Shown piece after piece: positions 41,204 to 54,451 of a stretch of DNA of 64,000 nt. The first letter of the stretch is position 1, and each line of letters opens with the position of its first letter. The translations under genes were made by a program, and so were the position numbers. The DNA is from Sphagnum compactum (lineage: Eukaryota). The stretch spans positions 3,038,001 to 3,102,000 of the forward strand of contig OZ234493.1 of assembly GCA_965153455.1 (NCBI GenBank), written 5' to 3'. The notes beneath the pieces are model-generated. The model saw only the letters and a list, made by a program, of their open reading frames with translations, searched no databases and was not told where the DNA came from.

Positions 41204-42708
41204 AGAAATGTGGGGCATAAAAGAAATGCAAAAACCTGACAAACCCAACACCCTACCAACAAACAAAATACCAGTCCCACTTCACTTTACATAAAGAAAA
41301 GACCTGGTTTCTTTTATGATAAAAGAAGGAGGAAAAATAGAAGTAGCCAACAATTTAACATATATATATAAGAGTTTTCTAACTATGTGAAGAAATGCTG
41401 CCTTTTTTCCCCTTTTTTTAGATTAAAAATTACCCATATATTGGGCAATGAGGTATGTGTGTATGTTTTTTTAAAAATTTTAAATTAAATTTAAGTTAAT
41501 CTTTTTTTTATTTTTTTTATTTTCCCACTTGGCCTTAGGTGATTAATGGCTTTCAGTTATTATCTTTTTAAAAAAAATTCTTAATGGTTATATCAACATT
41601 GATCTTTTATCTTGATTCTAATGTAGGTCATATATATAGTAGTAGTAGGTCTCATAGAGTCCTCACTTGGCCATCCATACTAGAGAGGTTGAAAAGGAAG
41701 TTAAGGTTCTTCCATGTCTATCTCAATGTTTTTCTTTTTCTTTTATCGATTTTGTGATTTAGCCAAAGTGGTGATCATCATCCATAGGAAGATTTTAGCC
41801 ACAATGGTGATTATCCATCCATAGGAAGATTTAGCCAAATTTGGATATAAGTGAGATATGATTTTATTTTATTTTAAAACATCCTTCTATATTTTTGGCT
41901 ACCCATTGCACAAACAACGATGTATAGAGATTCAATCAAAGTAAAAGTAAAAGACACTCTATACATTCTTCTTCTAAGTTTAATGTATTTATTTAATTAT
42001 TTAATTATTGAAATGCAATTTGGTTTTAAATGCACATACAACTTCAAGGCAAATATATAATACTATGAAGCAATTGACGAACAAATATGGAGCTTTTTAT
42101 GCTTGGGCAAGTGGTTTGCGAAAGGGGAGTTGGAGAAAAACTTTTAGCATTCCAAATGAGGGATGTTTGATGCAAGTCCTCACACACCAAGTGGGTTGAA
42201 TATTAGAGTGGGACTTAGGGCACTACTTTTCCTCCAACCTCCACATTTTCCTCTTGTATTGTAGATTGCCACAATATATTGTATATCGTAGAGACACCCA
42301 AATGTCAAAATAACTAGTTTTTGGCCCAATTCAACATTTCATATTTTTTGTCCTACTATTTCAGCAATCGAAGCATAAGAATTTTTTAGCATCATGCTTA
42401 GTGCCAATATATGGATCCCTTTCTATTATTCAATTTGTTCCATTAAGGAATATGTTGTATTTGACACAAAAGACAACACTTTGCTTTGATTTTCAGCTAC
42501 GTGTAAAATTGTCAACTTGTACTCTTATTAGGACTAATGTAGATGTATGTTATTCTCCCATTTCATATTTATTTATTTTTTTAATCAAGTGGCCATGTTA
42601 GTTGGGACCAAAATATGATTTCAACCTATGCAAAGGAATTTTCATGGAAAAAATTAGCCCAAATTCACCAGATTTCTAAGAAAAATAAATCCAAAATTAT
42701 GTCGCCAT

Positions 42709-42955
42709 GGAAACTCAAATATTTCACCATGCAAAAATATAATCTTCAAAAAATCGTCTAAAAGTAACCAAAATCCTTCAAGATATTATAACTCTAGCTC
42801 AAGTTTCAACACAAGCCAAAATATCATCTTAAAAAAATCCTCATATAAAAATAGACCTATTATTATTACCTAGGGGGCCAAAATCCCTTAAGCTACTATA
42901 CTCCATAACGAATTTAAACACAATATCCTTTCCTTGGTAGGCAAGGCCAACAAAG
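42709..42955 (+). repeat. Dispersed repeat, ~250 bp; second copy at ~45658-45914, and its core is inverted at ~33372-33470
   Basis: Collinear matches GAAACTCAAATATTTCACCATGCAAAA...CTATTATTATTACCTAGGGG(G)CCAAAATCC...GTAGGCA.GGCCAA. Confidence 0.85.
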
Positions 42956-45900
42956 TATTCTTCAATAATACTAAGTGGTCCTTGGCTCCCTCACCAACCA
43001 ACCAACAAACAAACAAACAAACCAACCAACCAACCAACAAAGCAACCAACTAAAACTCCAAAAAACCCTCTTACTTACAACTCACCCTAATTGGATGCTT
43101 TACATTTTGTCCTTGTAATTTTGTACTACTTGCTTGGGCTCTCCCTTTGATGGCCTTTCTCTCATTTAAACATGTTGTTGCAATCATCTTGTGGCTCTCA
43201 AGCAAATGACTTGCTCACTCTTTCTTTCAACACTTTGGGATATGGATGTTGTCTAGAGGCCCAACACAAATTCCCCCCTTCCCAAAACACTCAATTAGAA
43301 ATTATAAACCTCAATTAGGCTCACTTTAGATTCATAGGGTGGAGGTCCTGGGTTCAAATCCCTAGGAACCACTTTGGACTCATTTGAAGCCCAAAGAAAA
43401 TTGAATCCTTGAGTTGGACTATGCACCTTGGGACCCTTAAGCTTGCACCTTGGTTCTCCAAATCCATTCTCGCTCTTTTTTTTGGGTCCGAAATCAAATT
43501 GATTTTCCCTCCAAAATTGTGCCATGTGGGTTTAGCCTCGATTTGCCACTTTTTGGTTTTCAATCCTCATCAATTGATTTTCCGTCCAAAATTGTGCCAT
43601 GTGTGTTTAGCCTCAATTAGCCACTTTTTGGTCTTTGATTCCTCGTCGAAAGGCTGTGAGCTTCAATTTATGGCTCTTGACCAATAGGATTGCTCTATTT
43701 CATTGGACCATGGGGACCTCGAACCCTCATCTAAAGTGGCTCTTTTTAGAATGTCACAATTAGGGGTTTTTTTAATTAAAAAAAGTTGTGAGGTAGACTT
43801 GTTGGCAATCATCCATAATTTAGCCAAATTTGGCTATAGGTCAAATTTCCCCCAAAAATTGAAGAATCCTATATTTTGGCTATAATTTTGGTGACATGCT
43901 GGAACCCATTGTTTAAATATGGCGATTTGAGAAATTTTTTGTCCTCAAAATCTGGTGAATTTTGGCACATTTCTTCACAAAAATCCTTTGTATGAATTGC
44001 ACTCAATTTCATTCTTTTTTTGTTGCTGAGTAACAGAAAAATTCCCCCAAAAAAAAAAAGCTGGTCACAATTAGTCAAAAATATGCTGATTAGTATGTTA
44101 GTGTATCTATGAAGGAAGATTGTTTGTTTGTTTTGTTTTGTTTGTCACATTGAGATCTCTCAAAGATCTCAAACTATAGTGCCCTCTATCTTGGTACTAT
44201 TGGAAAGCCCTTGATGAGTAGGGGGGTAATACATCAAGGTGGAGGAAGAAGCCACAACATTTTTATTTTTTTATTTTTTTAAAATTAATTATTTTTGTTT
44301 TATTTTTATTTTTAAAAATCTTTTTTTGGGGTGTGTGGTGTCTCTTGTGTTGTGTGTGCTTGGCCATGAGTTTTTGCACTTTGTGAACAACATAAGGAAA
44401 AAAAGAGCATGAGAAGACAAATAGGGGATCAACTAGGCACAAAAGAGGTGTTGAATTGGGCATGACTTTATGGATAACTTAAATTTTATTATTATGTGGG
44501 AATTTATCTAAAACCTTACTATTTGACATCTGACCAGCAATTTATTTACTTTTTAGTGAATTTTCACAACTAGGAGACCAATGATTTTATTTTTTAAATT
44601 TTAAATATGACTAATGTTTCTCTTTTTTGGGGGAATATTTTGCCAACTTTTTGATATCACATTATTTTTTATAAAATAAAAAATTAAAGAACTCTGTTGG
44701 TGAAACCCCCCCCCCCCCCCCCCAAGAGAATATGCTGTTGCAGATTCTTAAGAATACAATAAAAATTATGGGAAAAAAAAATTGGGAAGAAATTGCCCCA
44801 TTTAATTAAATTGAATTTTTTTTTTAATCAGGGGAATTTTGTGACCAGGATGTCCCCCAAGATTCTATTGGTTGGGACATGTCCGACATTAACGGATGAC
44901 AAAATTAGCACTAAATCCTTATTGGGATGCTCATCAATTGATGAAATGAAAAAGAAAAAAGAAAAAAGAAAACTTGCATGGGATCCTAAAGCTTATTTTA
45001 ATTTTCAATTTTAAAATCTTAAAATAAAACCATGCAACCAAAACATTATTAATACTTGTAACAATAAATTTTTAAAAATAGAATAATTTATATCATGTAC
45101 AAGCTTTGTTTTGTTACCCCTAGGCCTAGAAGACCTTAAAGATGATATTATTCAAACACCTTGAGAGTGGGTTCATCTAAATTTTGTTGATTAATGCTCT
45201 TAATTAAAAATTAAACAAAACTTTGACGGATATAGAATCTTGATTAACATTTATGCTCTAAATTATACATTTAAATTACATACAACTTAAATGTATAATA
45301 TTTAGTTGTATATATTTAATTTCATGATGAAGCTTGTTTTGTAGGGTTTAGGGTTTAAACCTTGGGTCATCCAACCCACTAGTGACAAATTGTGGTCAAA
45401 TGGGTAGTAAGAGCATTCATAGAGGAATAATTGTTATGCATAATGGATCAAGGAGTGGCTCAACACTCCTCCCATCCCCTCCCCTCCCCACACCCACATG
45501 GGCTTCATGCCAAGCTTTAGCTACTCAGCCATACAAAAACACAAAAATACCCAAGCACCAAAAAATAAATAAATAAATAAATAAACAAGGGGTGTGTCAC
45601 ACTGTGGCCTTGCCATTTACATTAAAAAGTGTCTTAAGGCAAAAATGAAGAATTATGAAAACTCAAATATTTCACCATGCAAAATTATGATCTTCAAAAA
45701 AATCTTGTAAAAGAAACCAAAATCCTTCAAGATATATTATAACTCTATAAATAATCTCAAGCTTCAACGGAAGCCAAGATATCAAATACTTTCAAAAATC
45801 CTCATATAAAAATAGAACTATTATTATTACCTAGGGGCCAAAATCCTTGAAGCTATTATACTCTATAATGAATCTAAACATAATATCCGTGCTTTCGTAG

Positions 45901-46027
45901 GCATGGCCAATAAATAAGGATTGTTGGAGTGTTTGGGAAAGCAATACCGAAATATATCAATTAGTAGTCTATGTTAGGAGTTTTCCTGTAGTTACAATTT
46001 TTATTCTAGTTATTGAAGATAATTTGA

Positions 46028-46300
46028 GATAATAAGTTTGGAATTGGGTTTGGATGTGGTGTACCATTTAAGGGATTATTATGTTATGTGTTGTGAGTAT
46101 GATGACAAGCGATAGTTGTAGGTGTTAACCTAAGCACACAACAATTATAAATTATTTACATTTAAGATAAATAAGTCTGGAATTGGGTTTGGATGTGGTG
46201 TACCATTTAAGGTATTATTATGTTATATGTTCTGAGTATGGAGACAACGATAATTGTAGGCGTCGACCTTGAAGCGCACGACAATTGTAAATAGTTTACA
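46028..46300. repeat. Diverged tandem duplication, ~140 bp unit x2
   Basis: GGAATTGGGTTTGGATGTGGTGTACCATTTAAGG.ATTATTATGTTAT starts at ~46040 and again at ~46179. Confidence 0.85.
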
Positions 46301-49300
46301 CGTGAAAAAAAATTCAAAAAATCATATCCCATTCCTCAACCAAATTGAGCAATTTTTTGTGTCATTGGACATGCAAAATGAAGGGTTTGCAAATCTTCCT
46401 TGAGTGTCAAAAGGAAAAAAACAATGCAAAAGAAAACACAAGAAGAAGAAGAAGATGAGTGATAGTTTGCTTCAAATGTTTTGAAAAAATAATTTTAGGC
46501 CCCTCTTTAGTTCCAACCTCATATCTTCCTCATTTTAAAAGTCTATTTTGAATGATTTAAATCCTGATGGGTGCACCAATTAGGGCTTTACAAAACTTCT
46601 TTGTATTCAAGAGGCAAAGATGTATCGATCAATGATTTTAAGGCCTGAAATCTCAATCTGTTTTACTTCACCCATCATTAAACCTTGAACCCCCTTTACA
46701 CAAAAACACCCCATGTCTTCTTCCCCCATTCTTTTACCAAATTGAGCAAATTTTCCAGCATTGAACATGCTAGGTGAAAGGCTACAAATGTTCTTTGAGT
46801 TTCAGAAGAATGTGTGAGGTTTGAACTTTCTTTTGAATTCTTAAGTGTCCACTTGTCAACCTCTCTACCCTAATGGAGCCAAAATGAGATTCTGACTTAA
46901 ATTGCAACACTTTTCCAGAGAACTCTTATATGTGTAGTCAGTAGACATGTATGTATGTGATAAAACGCTACTACCCCAACATGTGACCAAAAATACAAAG
47001 AAAACACAAGCAGTTCAGTTCTTCGGAGTGAATAACAATTGTGGTTACTGAGAGTACTGCTTCTAGTGGAAACATAGTGACCTCATTACTCATTCACTCC
47101 ACATTTGATATCCCTTGTTGCAAAGCCTTCATTCCATTCAAAGTGAAAAAAGAAACAACAATTGAAACATTTTTGTCTTCATTAACCAAGAGGGCTGATC
47201 ACCATTTCAAAGTAAAGGCAACATTGTTGCATAACATTCTTGGGAAAACATACCTCATGGCCTTCGACGTAACCTCTATTGTGCTAACAATTTCCATGAT
47301 TAGGACTATCTAGTCAATTTATGATCCAAATTTCACTAGATTCATCATGGAGTTTTTATTCATATTAACCTCCACCCAGAATCACGGTGCATTTGGAAGA
47401 ATGCTTATTCACCGTACTCTGCAGAGGCATTCTCAAACCATGGTGTGTCATCCTTGCAAGCTTCCCCACCCCCTTAAGCTTTCACCCTTGAAAACATTCA
47501 TGGACATTTGAGAAACTTTTGTAGAAAGCAATTCAAAAATTAAGAAGCAATGATAATACAAGAGACATTAAAAGAGGGATAATGTAAAACATAAGTCCTT
47601 TAGAATGCCAAAATTCTGAAACAAGGAAATGTTTCTTAAAATATGAGCTGCATGTTTACAAGAGAAGTTTAAGCATGCAGGTGCTGGTAAATTCTAGTGT
47701 GTCTAAAAACTCCTTATCTAGTATTCATGACTTGATTGCAAATAATGCCATTTCAATTTGAAATTCATGAAAAAATTTTGCTGAAAGGAAAGGTTGTGAT
47801 ATGTTCAAAACTGTTTCAATCCAAAATACAATGACATTATACAAGTTCTGAAGTTGATTTGAAAAAATGATGGCATCCTTGGCTTTTTCAAAGGCAATAG
47901 CACCAACTTTGCAATGCAACTTTATAACACCTTTCACCCTAAACTTCTCCACCTATAATCAAATGCTAAATTCATTACTTGCCCTTATGCCCACTCCAAA
48001 GAAATCCCCACAATGCTTCTATCTTATCCCAAGCTTGGGATATACCTAGCTTGAAAAGGGGTGAAAAACAAAAACCCTAAACCTCCCCCCCCCAAACCTC
48101 CACCTATAATTTTATCCATTCAACCTACCTTTAGTACATAGGTATAAGGGATGGGTAATGAAGGTAGGTTGAATGGATGAAGTTGTAGGTGGAACATTGG
48201 ATGTAAGGTTTTTTTTTCCAATTTTGGGATGTAATTGAAGTGGCAATCATCCCCAAGATGGTTTAGCCAAATTTTGGCTACATGCTACACATGAAAGTAG
48301 AAAGGAAACTAGAAATTTTCTATATTCTTGGTGGCCTATTGGAAGTTATCATAACAATATGGTGATTTGGATTTATTTTTTTGAAATTTGATAAATTTGT
48401 GCCATTTTTTCGATAAAAAGTCCTTTGGATAGGTTGAAATTATATATTTTTGGGGTCAAAATTTGGCAAAATTTCACCAAAAATAAAATCATTAATTGGG
48501 TGGGAATGAGGGTTTTCAAATTTTCTCATTTTCAAGGGAGTTGTTTCTTGGGTGAGGTGCAATAGGCAAAGAAGGATGGCATTATGGTTCTTGCGAAAGG
48601 GGCTACCTATTTACGGGGACGAGGGGGGTTGGTGTTTTTAGGGGGGGTTGAGGGTTTTTTTTTTTCCCTTTTTCCAAAGGGACTATTTCTTGGGTGGAGG
48701 TAAGGGATCTTTCACAAGGTTTAGAATATAATAAATTATTATATAATTTATGTTGATAACTAATATATATATATATATATATTCAAATTATCTGAATAAT
48801 ACATTTGAAAATTCATTAACCAGAGGTTCTTCATAAAAAATTTTTTTTAAAATAAAAATTCCCCAGTGATACCCGCCATATATCCTTCAGGTAGCAAACC
48901 AATGGGAATCTGTGTTGGCCGGTTATTTGTTTTATTTACATAAAACAAATTTTTCATTCATAACCACCAGGTAGGTTTTTTTATAAAAAATGGGTATCAA
49001 TCAGGTTATCGATATTAATTGGGTGGTAATCATCGGTTATAGGTTAAGGTTGGTTTATCAAAATAATTGGTTGATCGGTCTATCCTATCCGTTGTTATTA
49101 TTTTTATCTGGGTATATGATTGTAAAAAATAAAATAAAATAAAATAAAAAGATAAAGTTTTGCATGGAGATTTTTTTCCCCTTCTTCTCTAGCATAATTT
49201 TTTTGGATGTTTAAAGGATTGATAACCTACCCGGATGATGATGATGATAACCGGGTCATGCAAGCAGGGTTACTAGATTTGGGAAATTTCAAAATACCAG

Positions 49301-49447
49301 GGCAGTTAGAAATATTGAAGCGGTTATAGAAATATAATTATATATCTCAATAATATCGACTGGTACAGGTTATTTATAACCGGTATGATACCCGGATTAA
49401 TAACCTTTTTCTTGCTGCTCTTCTTCCTCTCTCACTCTTTAGAACTA

Positions 49448-49749
49448 CGAGTGGTTGGTAACCCGTGGCTACGCCACTCCAGCCACCCCCAAGAAAAGGA
49501 GGGAGGACCCAAAATAAACGAAAAAAAAAAAAAAACACCTCCCTTCACTCCCCCGTCCGGTCCTTTCCCGCCCGTCCCCCCCCCTGCTGCCCCCCCCCCC
49601 TGCTGGCCCGCCCCACCCCTGCTGCCGCTCAGTAACTTCCTAACTGCCGCTCAGTAAAAAGTAACTTAGGTAAATTAGGTAACTTCGAAAAGATAAAAAC
49701 GGACAGACGGACGCACGCACAGACACCATGTTTGTAATTATATATAAGA
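49448..49749 (-). mobile_element. Short non-autonomous Helitron (~302 bp)
   Basis: On the minus strand it starts A|TCTTATATATAATTAC followed by a GTCT/GCGT tetranucleotide tract, and ends with hairpin GTGGC-GTA-GCCAC, a spacer and CTCG|T. It sits between A and T with no short TSD. Confidence 0.65.
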
Positions 49750-49854
49750 TTGAAGCGGTTATAAAAATAATTATATATCTCAATAACCGGCTAGCCATAT
49801 GTTATTCATAACCGGTATGATACCCGGATTGATAACCATTTCCCTTCTGCTCTT

Positions 49855-49904
<50 letters not shown>

Positions 49905-50709
49905 GTGTTGCAACAAACAGCAAATTTGGTTGTGTATGGGAATCCTTGCACACCAGAAGCGATGGATGAGTAAGTAAAATTGGGCACCAAATTTGGGGCC
50001 AGGATGTTGTTGTTGTCGTCGTCGTCGTCCAGTCTTTTTGTCAGAAGAATGTTGTTGTTTGTTACGCTTTCTCTTCTTCTTCTTCTTCGTTAGCGCGGTG
50101 GAAAGGAGAATTTTTTTTGTTGGGTTTTCCCCATTATCATCGCTCTCATTGCCATCGCTCTCCCTCCCCTCCCCTGCCCACAACAGTCAGTTTCTGTCCG
50201 ACTTTTAGGGTTTCCATCGACTCTTCTGTGGTGGGTCGGTTTTTTTTTTGGGGTGGTTGTTGTTGAATGCGGAGCTTCTTTTGAATGCAGAAGTTTTTGT
50301 TTGGTATGAAAGAAAACAAAAAGACAACAACACTAAAAACCAACATTGTGGGTGTTGTTGTTGTTTGTCTTCACCACACGGTTTCGAGAGTCAAGTGCTC
50401 GCTCGGAAGAATCTTCTTCTTCCTATGATTCTTTGAGAAACTCTTATGAGAGAAAGCAAAGAAAAAATCATGGTGGGTAGTAGTAGTAGTAGTGGACTCG
50501 CAATGAGAGTTGGGTTTTTTTACTATTTTTTCTTCTTGCTGGCTTCAATACGGTGTCGATTGATTCTAGCAGAATGTGAGTAAAGTATTTGAGGAGATAG
50601 GAAAAAACAGAAACCGGGAGTTGGGGGCGATCGATCGTTCTGTTCGGTTTTTGGGGAGAGAGAGAAACCCCAAAAAAAAAAAAAAGGAACACCAGCCCAA
50701 CCTAACCTA

Positions 50710-53700
50710 ATGAGAATGCAGAAAGCGGCAGCGGCAGCAGCAGCAAAAGGGAGACAAGCTACAACAAGAATGGGAACGAGATCCAAAGGAGCAGCGAATG
50801 GTAACAATGGCAATTCTTCCAAGATGCATGAGATGGAGGTGACTGCTGCTGCTGCTGCTTACGATTCTGACAGCTTTGAGAATCATGTGATTGATCTCCG
50901 AGGTGTGAGTTCAACATTTCTTCTTCTTCTTCTTTCTTCTTCTTCTTCACTGCTAGCTAGCTAGCTCTCTCTCAACACGAATGAATTCATTCATGCTTGT
51001 TCCACCACCGTCTCATGTCATGTCATCTCATGTCCTCTCATGGACTTCTTTGCTATCATCATCATCATCTGATCCAAACAGAAAGGACCCAAACCCATCT
51101 TTTTCCATTTTGTCAATCCTGCAGACAAGAGGAGAAACTGCTCCAAATTCAACAGTGTATCATCTAGATGGGCAAAGATAGAAACCCTCTCTCAATTTGT
51201 GGTGCCAGAGCTGCCTGCTGTTGTTCCTCACCTGTGTCACTAAAATCAATCTTGGTGGTCGGTTGGTTGCTCACTCACTCACTCACTAGCTAAGTGATAG
51301 TCTAAAGGGCAGTTTAGTAAGCTAAGGAAAGATACATCAACAATTGCCAACAGGTGACAGAAGCTTGAAGTCCTCCTGAGAGGGCCCTTTCTTTTCCAGT
51401 ATTGAGTCGAGCCTTTGATGAAAGACACCACCCGGTGGGGGGGAACCTGGAAAGAGCCATACCTTCTCAACTGAACACACAAGAAGTCCCCCCCAAAACC
51501 ATACCGCAAAAGACAGTGTGAAAGGGCCCCACCTTTTTTGTCTGAATGCGATGTGCAACTGCAGGAGATGAGGAGTACCAGAGCATGAGGGAAGGAGACG
51601 AGTCAGAAGAAGAAGAAGAAGAAGCTGGTGACAGCGGGGATTTCGAGGAGCATTTCAGCATGAACAAAGACGAAGAAGGAGTCCAATCCCACAGTGATAC
51701 CACTTTTGGCAACACTGTCAGTGCAACTGAGGGTGCTAACACAGACTCAGGTCAAACTATTTTCTCCCCTACCCCATTCTCCAGTTCTTTTATTCTATAG
51801 CCATGATGATGTTGTTGTATCATGGGCACCAAATATGTGTAAGAAGCATCTTACAGTTCAGAATCTGATTGTGATCTTATCAAAGGAGCAATGAATGGCA
51901 TTGAAGAAGAAAGCTGACACAAAGTGAAGTAGCATTTCCCTGTTGTGTTGCTCAGAAATGGAGGCAACCAAAAGTGAACAACATGGTGATCCTGAACTCT
52001 CAAATGGTGTAGTTGCCACAAATCCTTCTGTATCAAACGGAGGTGAAGGGACAGCTACAGAAGGAGATGAAGGATCATCATTGCCAGCCGAGGATGCACT
52101 TCCACGATTCATGCCTGGTCAACTAGTTTGGGCAAAATTTGCTCGATTTCCTTGGTGGCCTGCCCAGGTCTAATCTCACTTTTGTTAGTTCAGTTTTTAA
52201 CACTTCAGCTTTCACTCACCTTTTTCTGTTGGTTCTATTGATTTTCTAAAATTTGGATGCTACAGCTTTTCCTTGCATCAGCTGTTCCAGCATGAGAAAA
52301 AATGTTCTATGGAACTTTAAAAATTTCCTCCAAAGTTCTGGAAAGAAATTCAATTTCAAGTATCGCAGTTCCCAAAATCTATGCACAAACATGTAGCTGA
52401 ACACTAGCATTTGGCGAATGGTGGGAGAATCAGGTGACTGATGAGAGAACAGTACAAGAAGGTACAGGGGGTCATCAAAGGGATGACACAGATGTTTTGG
52501 TGCACTTCTTCGGCACCTATGACTTGTGGGTACCTGTGCTCTATCTTCTTCCACCCAAGTCTTCCCACAGTTTGTGTGTAGGAATATGGCTCAAATGCTG
52601 GGTCAGGTCAGACGAATAGAATTGAGAATGCAGTACAGGGGCCCACCTGTGCAGTTTTTTGAGCTGTATGATGTCCCAAAGACCATAATTTTGGGACATT
52701 CTGAAATTTTCAAGTATGGTTTTAGTTCATTTCTGTAGGGTAAGTCAGTATACAAAGAAGATGATCTTTTGTCCTGGCCAAAGGAGAGGTCTTTCTACTA
52801 GCACTGCATCCAAGGGGGTTCACAGGCTTTGAAGTGCTGTGGTAGTACTTACATATGGTCCTGCTGTTGTGTTGATCAATAAGAGCTGTGGTGGGGTGCA
52901 GTGGTTGGGTGGATCCAAATGTGGGATTGGCAGAATTTGATGTGGTATGCTGGATGGTCAATCCCTGTCATTGTTTCATTATTGTACACTGGTGATTGCT
53001 TGTATATTTCTGCTAGAATTTTTGTGGGTGTTTGTTAGGCTGTGCATAGAACATAGCCTATTGACCAGAAGTCTGCTTGTTGTAATCTTACTGGAGTGAG
53101 TGTAATATGACAGAAACTTCAAGAGAGGAGTAAAATTCGCAAGAAAGCCCTGCAGAAAGGCATTGAAGAGGTTTGTTTTTGAGGCCGACCCAAACAGTTC
53201 ATTTCTTGAATCAGTTCTGGTCAACTCTGTGATTCATCTCCAAGTGCCACAAGGAGGGCTCAGATTCAGCTCCAAGAATGAAGTACTCAAAGATCTTTAG
53301 ATTTTCTTCATGTCCAGTTAGTGCAGCTCCTACGCAGGTGGCAAACTCCTTAGCTTCATTCATTAGACAAAGGGTCCCATGTTTCTGACACTGCTTTGGT
53401 AAAGGAAGTTTGTCTGACATGGGGGAAAAGCTTTGAGGGATGCAGGCACTGGAGTTCAGAAATTCAGGAAAACTTCCAGAGTTCTTCGCTGTTGAGCCTA
53501 GAGAGCCTGAACCCCAAATGCCCAACAATGATCATTGCAATGGTGGGTCCACTGTTCTAATTTACTGTGGTAGAAATTCCAGCCAGAGTTGAGTCAATAG
53601 GGCCTGATTTGAGGCTTGGCATCAGTCCCCAGTAAACCATCCATCAAAAACTCTACAATACTGGACTTCTCATCTTGAAGAATGCCAATCTGTTGATTCC

Positions 53701-54451
53701 TTCTCTCTGTGCAAGACAAAAACATTCAAGACCACCCATGTACCTGATGTCTTTTCCCACAGCTTAAGATTCTTTGGATAACATGCAGAAACCTATTTTA
53801 GATTTGATGCGACACACAAACATCATCCTTCATGAAACTGAACAGAAATTTCACTGAAGAGAGGGTATTGTTAGGGCTGGCAGGTATACAGGCACATGCA
53901 AGTCAATCAACACCTGAGGATGAGGAAACAGGAAGACGAGTTTCAAGAAAACGGAAACCTAAAGTGCTGTATGAGGTAGAGTCGGTTCCTCCCTGCCCCC
54001 TCAGTAATCACAGCACCTACCTCTAATGCTGCTCAGAGATAAATGTTGAATGGCAGAAGTGTTAGAAGCTTTGTGCTTTAGAGTGCAATTTCTCAATTGA
54101 TCCACATTCTCCAAGACAAGAAAACTGCATTATGGATCTCAGAGATTAAGGAGTATTAAAATGGTAGATTAGCTAGCATTCTTGTCGTCACACAATTGTT
54201 CTGTATATGTGGGGTTGAACATTGCTCTTGACCTGTATCTTCTCCCATGCAATAATACACTTGGGTATGTGGTCATAAGCTTAGTGCACTGTTCCAGAGT
54301 TGTAACAAGGGGTGAGTGGATGTGACAGGAAGAGGAGAGAGTGCAAAGAAAACCAGAACGGAGACTCCGGCGCTTACGAATTATGCGGCAGTTGGGATTG
54401 GTAGCTCCAGCAGGGTCACCCTTCACATTGGACACTAGGATGTCAGTATAG
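50710..54451 (+). CDS. PWWP-domain protein, 9 exons, ~364 aa
   Basis: Exons 50710-50902, 51565-51750, 51956-52167, 52434-52525, 52902-52944, 53114-53170, 53446-53542, 53884-53975 and 54329-54451 are GT-AG and in phase (1095 nt). PWWP domain PGQLVWAKFARFPWWPAQV...VLVHFFGTYDFGWVD...LQKGIEEALE, basic NLS-like SRKRKPK, and C-terminal RRLRIMRQLGLVAPAGSPF. The start codon choice is uncertain. Confidence 0.87.

Noticed and set aside
41750-44060. Recurrent TTAGCCAAATTTGGCTA palindrome-containing segments (also ~15700, 39850, 48260, 57330)
   Set aside because: These are fragments of an abundant dispersed repeat; boundaries cannot be defined here and no specific function is supported.
47000-48000. Possible decayed coding or transposase sequence (also 31000-31330, 35580-36170, 57460-57700)
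   Set aside because: It looks like degenerate coding DNA, but no diagnostic motif could be assigned by eye.
49806-50692. Cluster of short ORFs upstream of the PWWP gene
   Set aside because: They are built on microsatellites and simple repeats of a probable promoter/5' UTR region.
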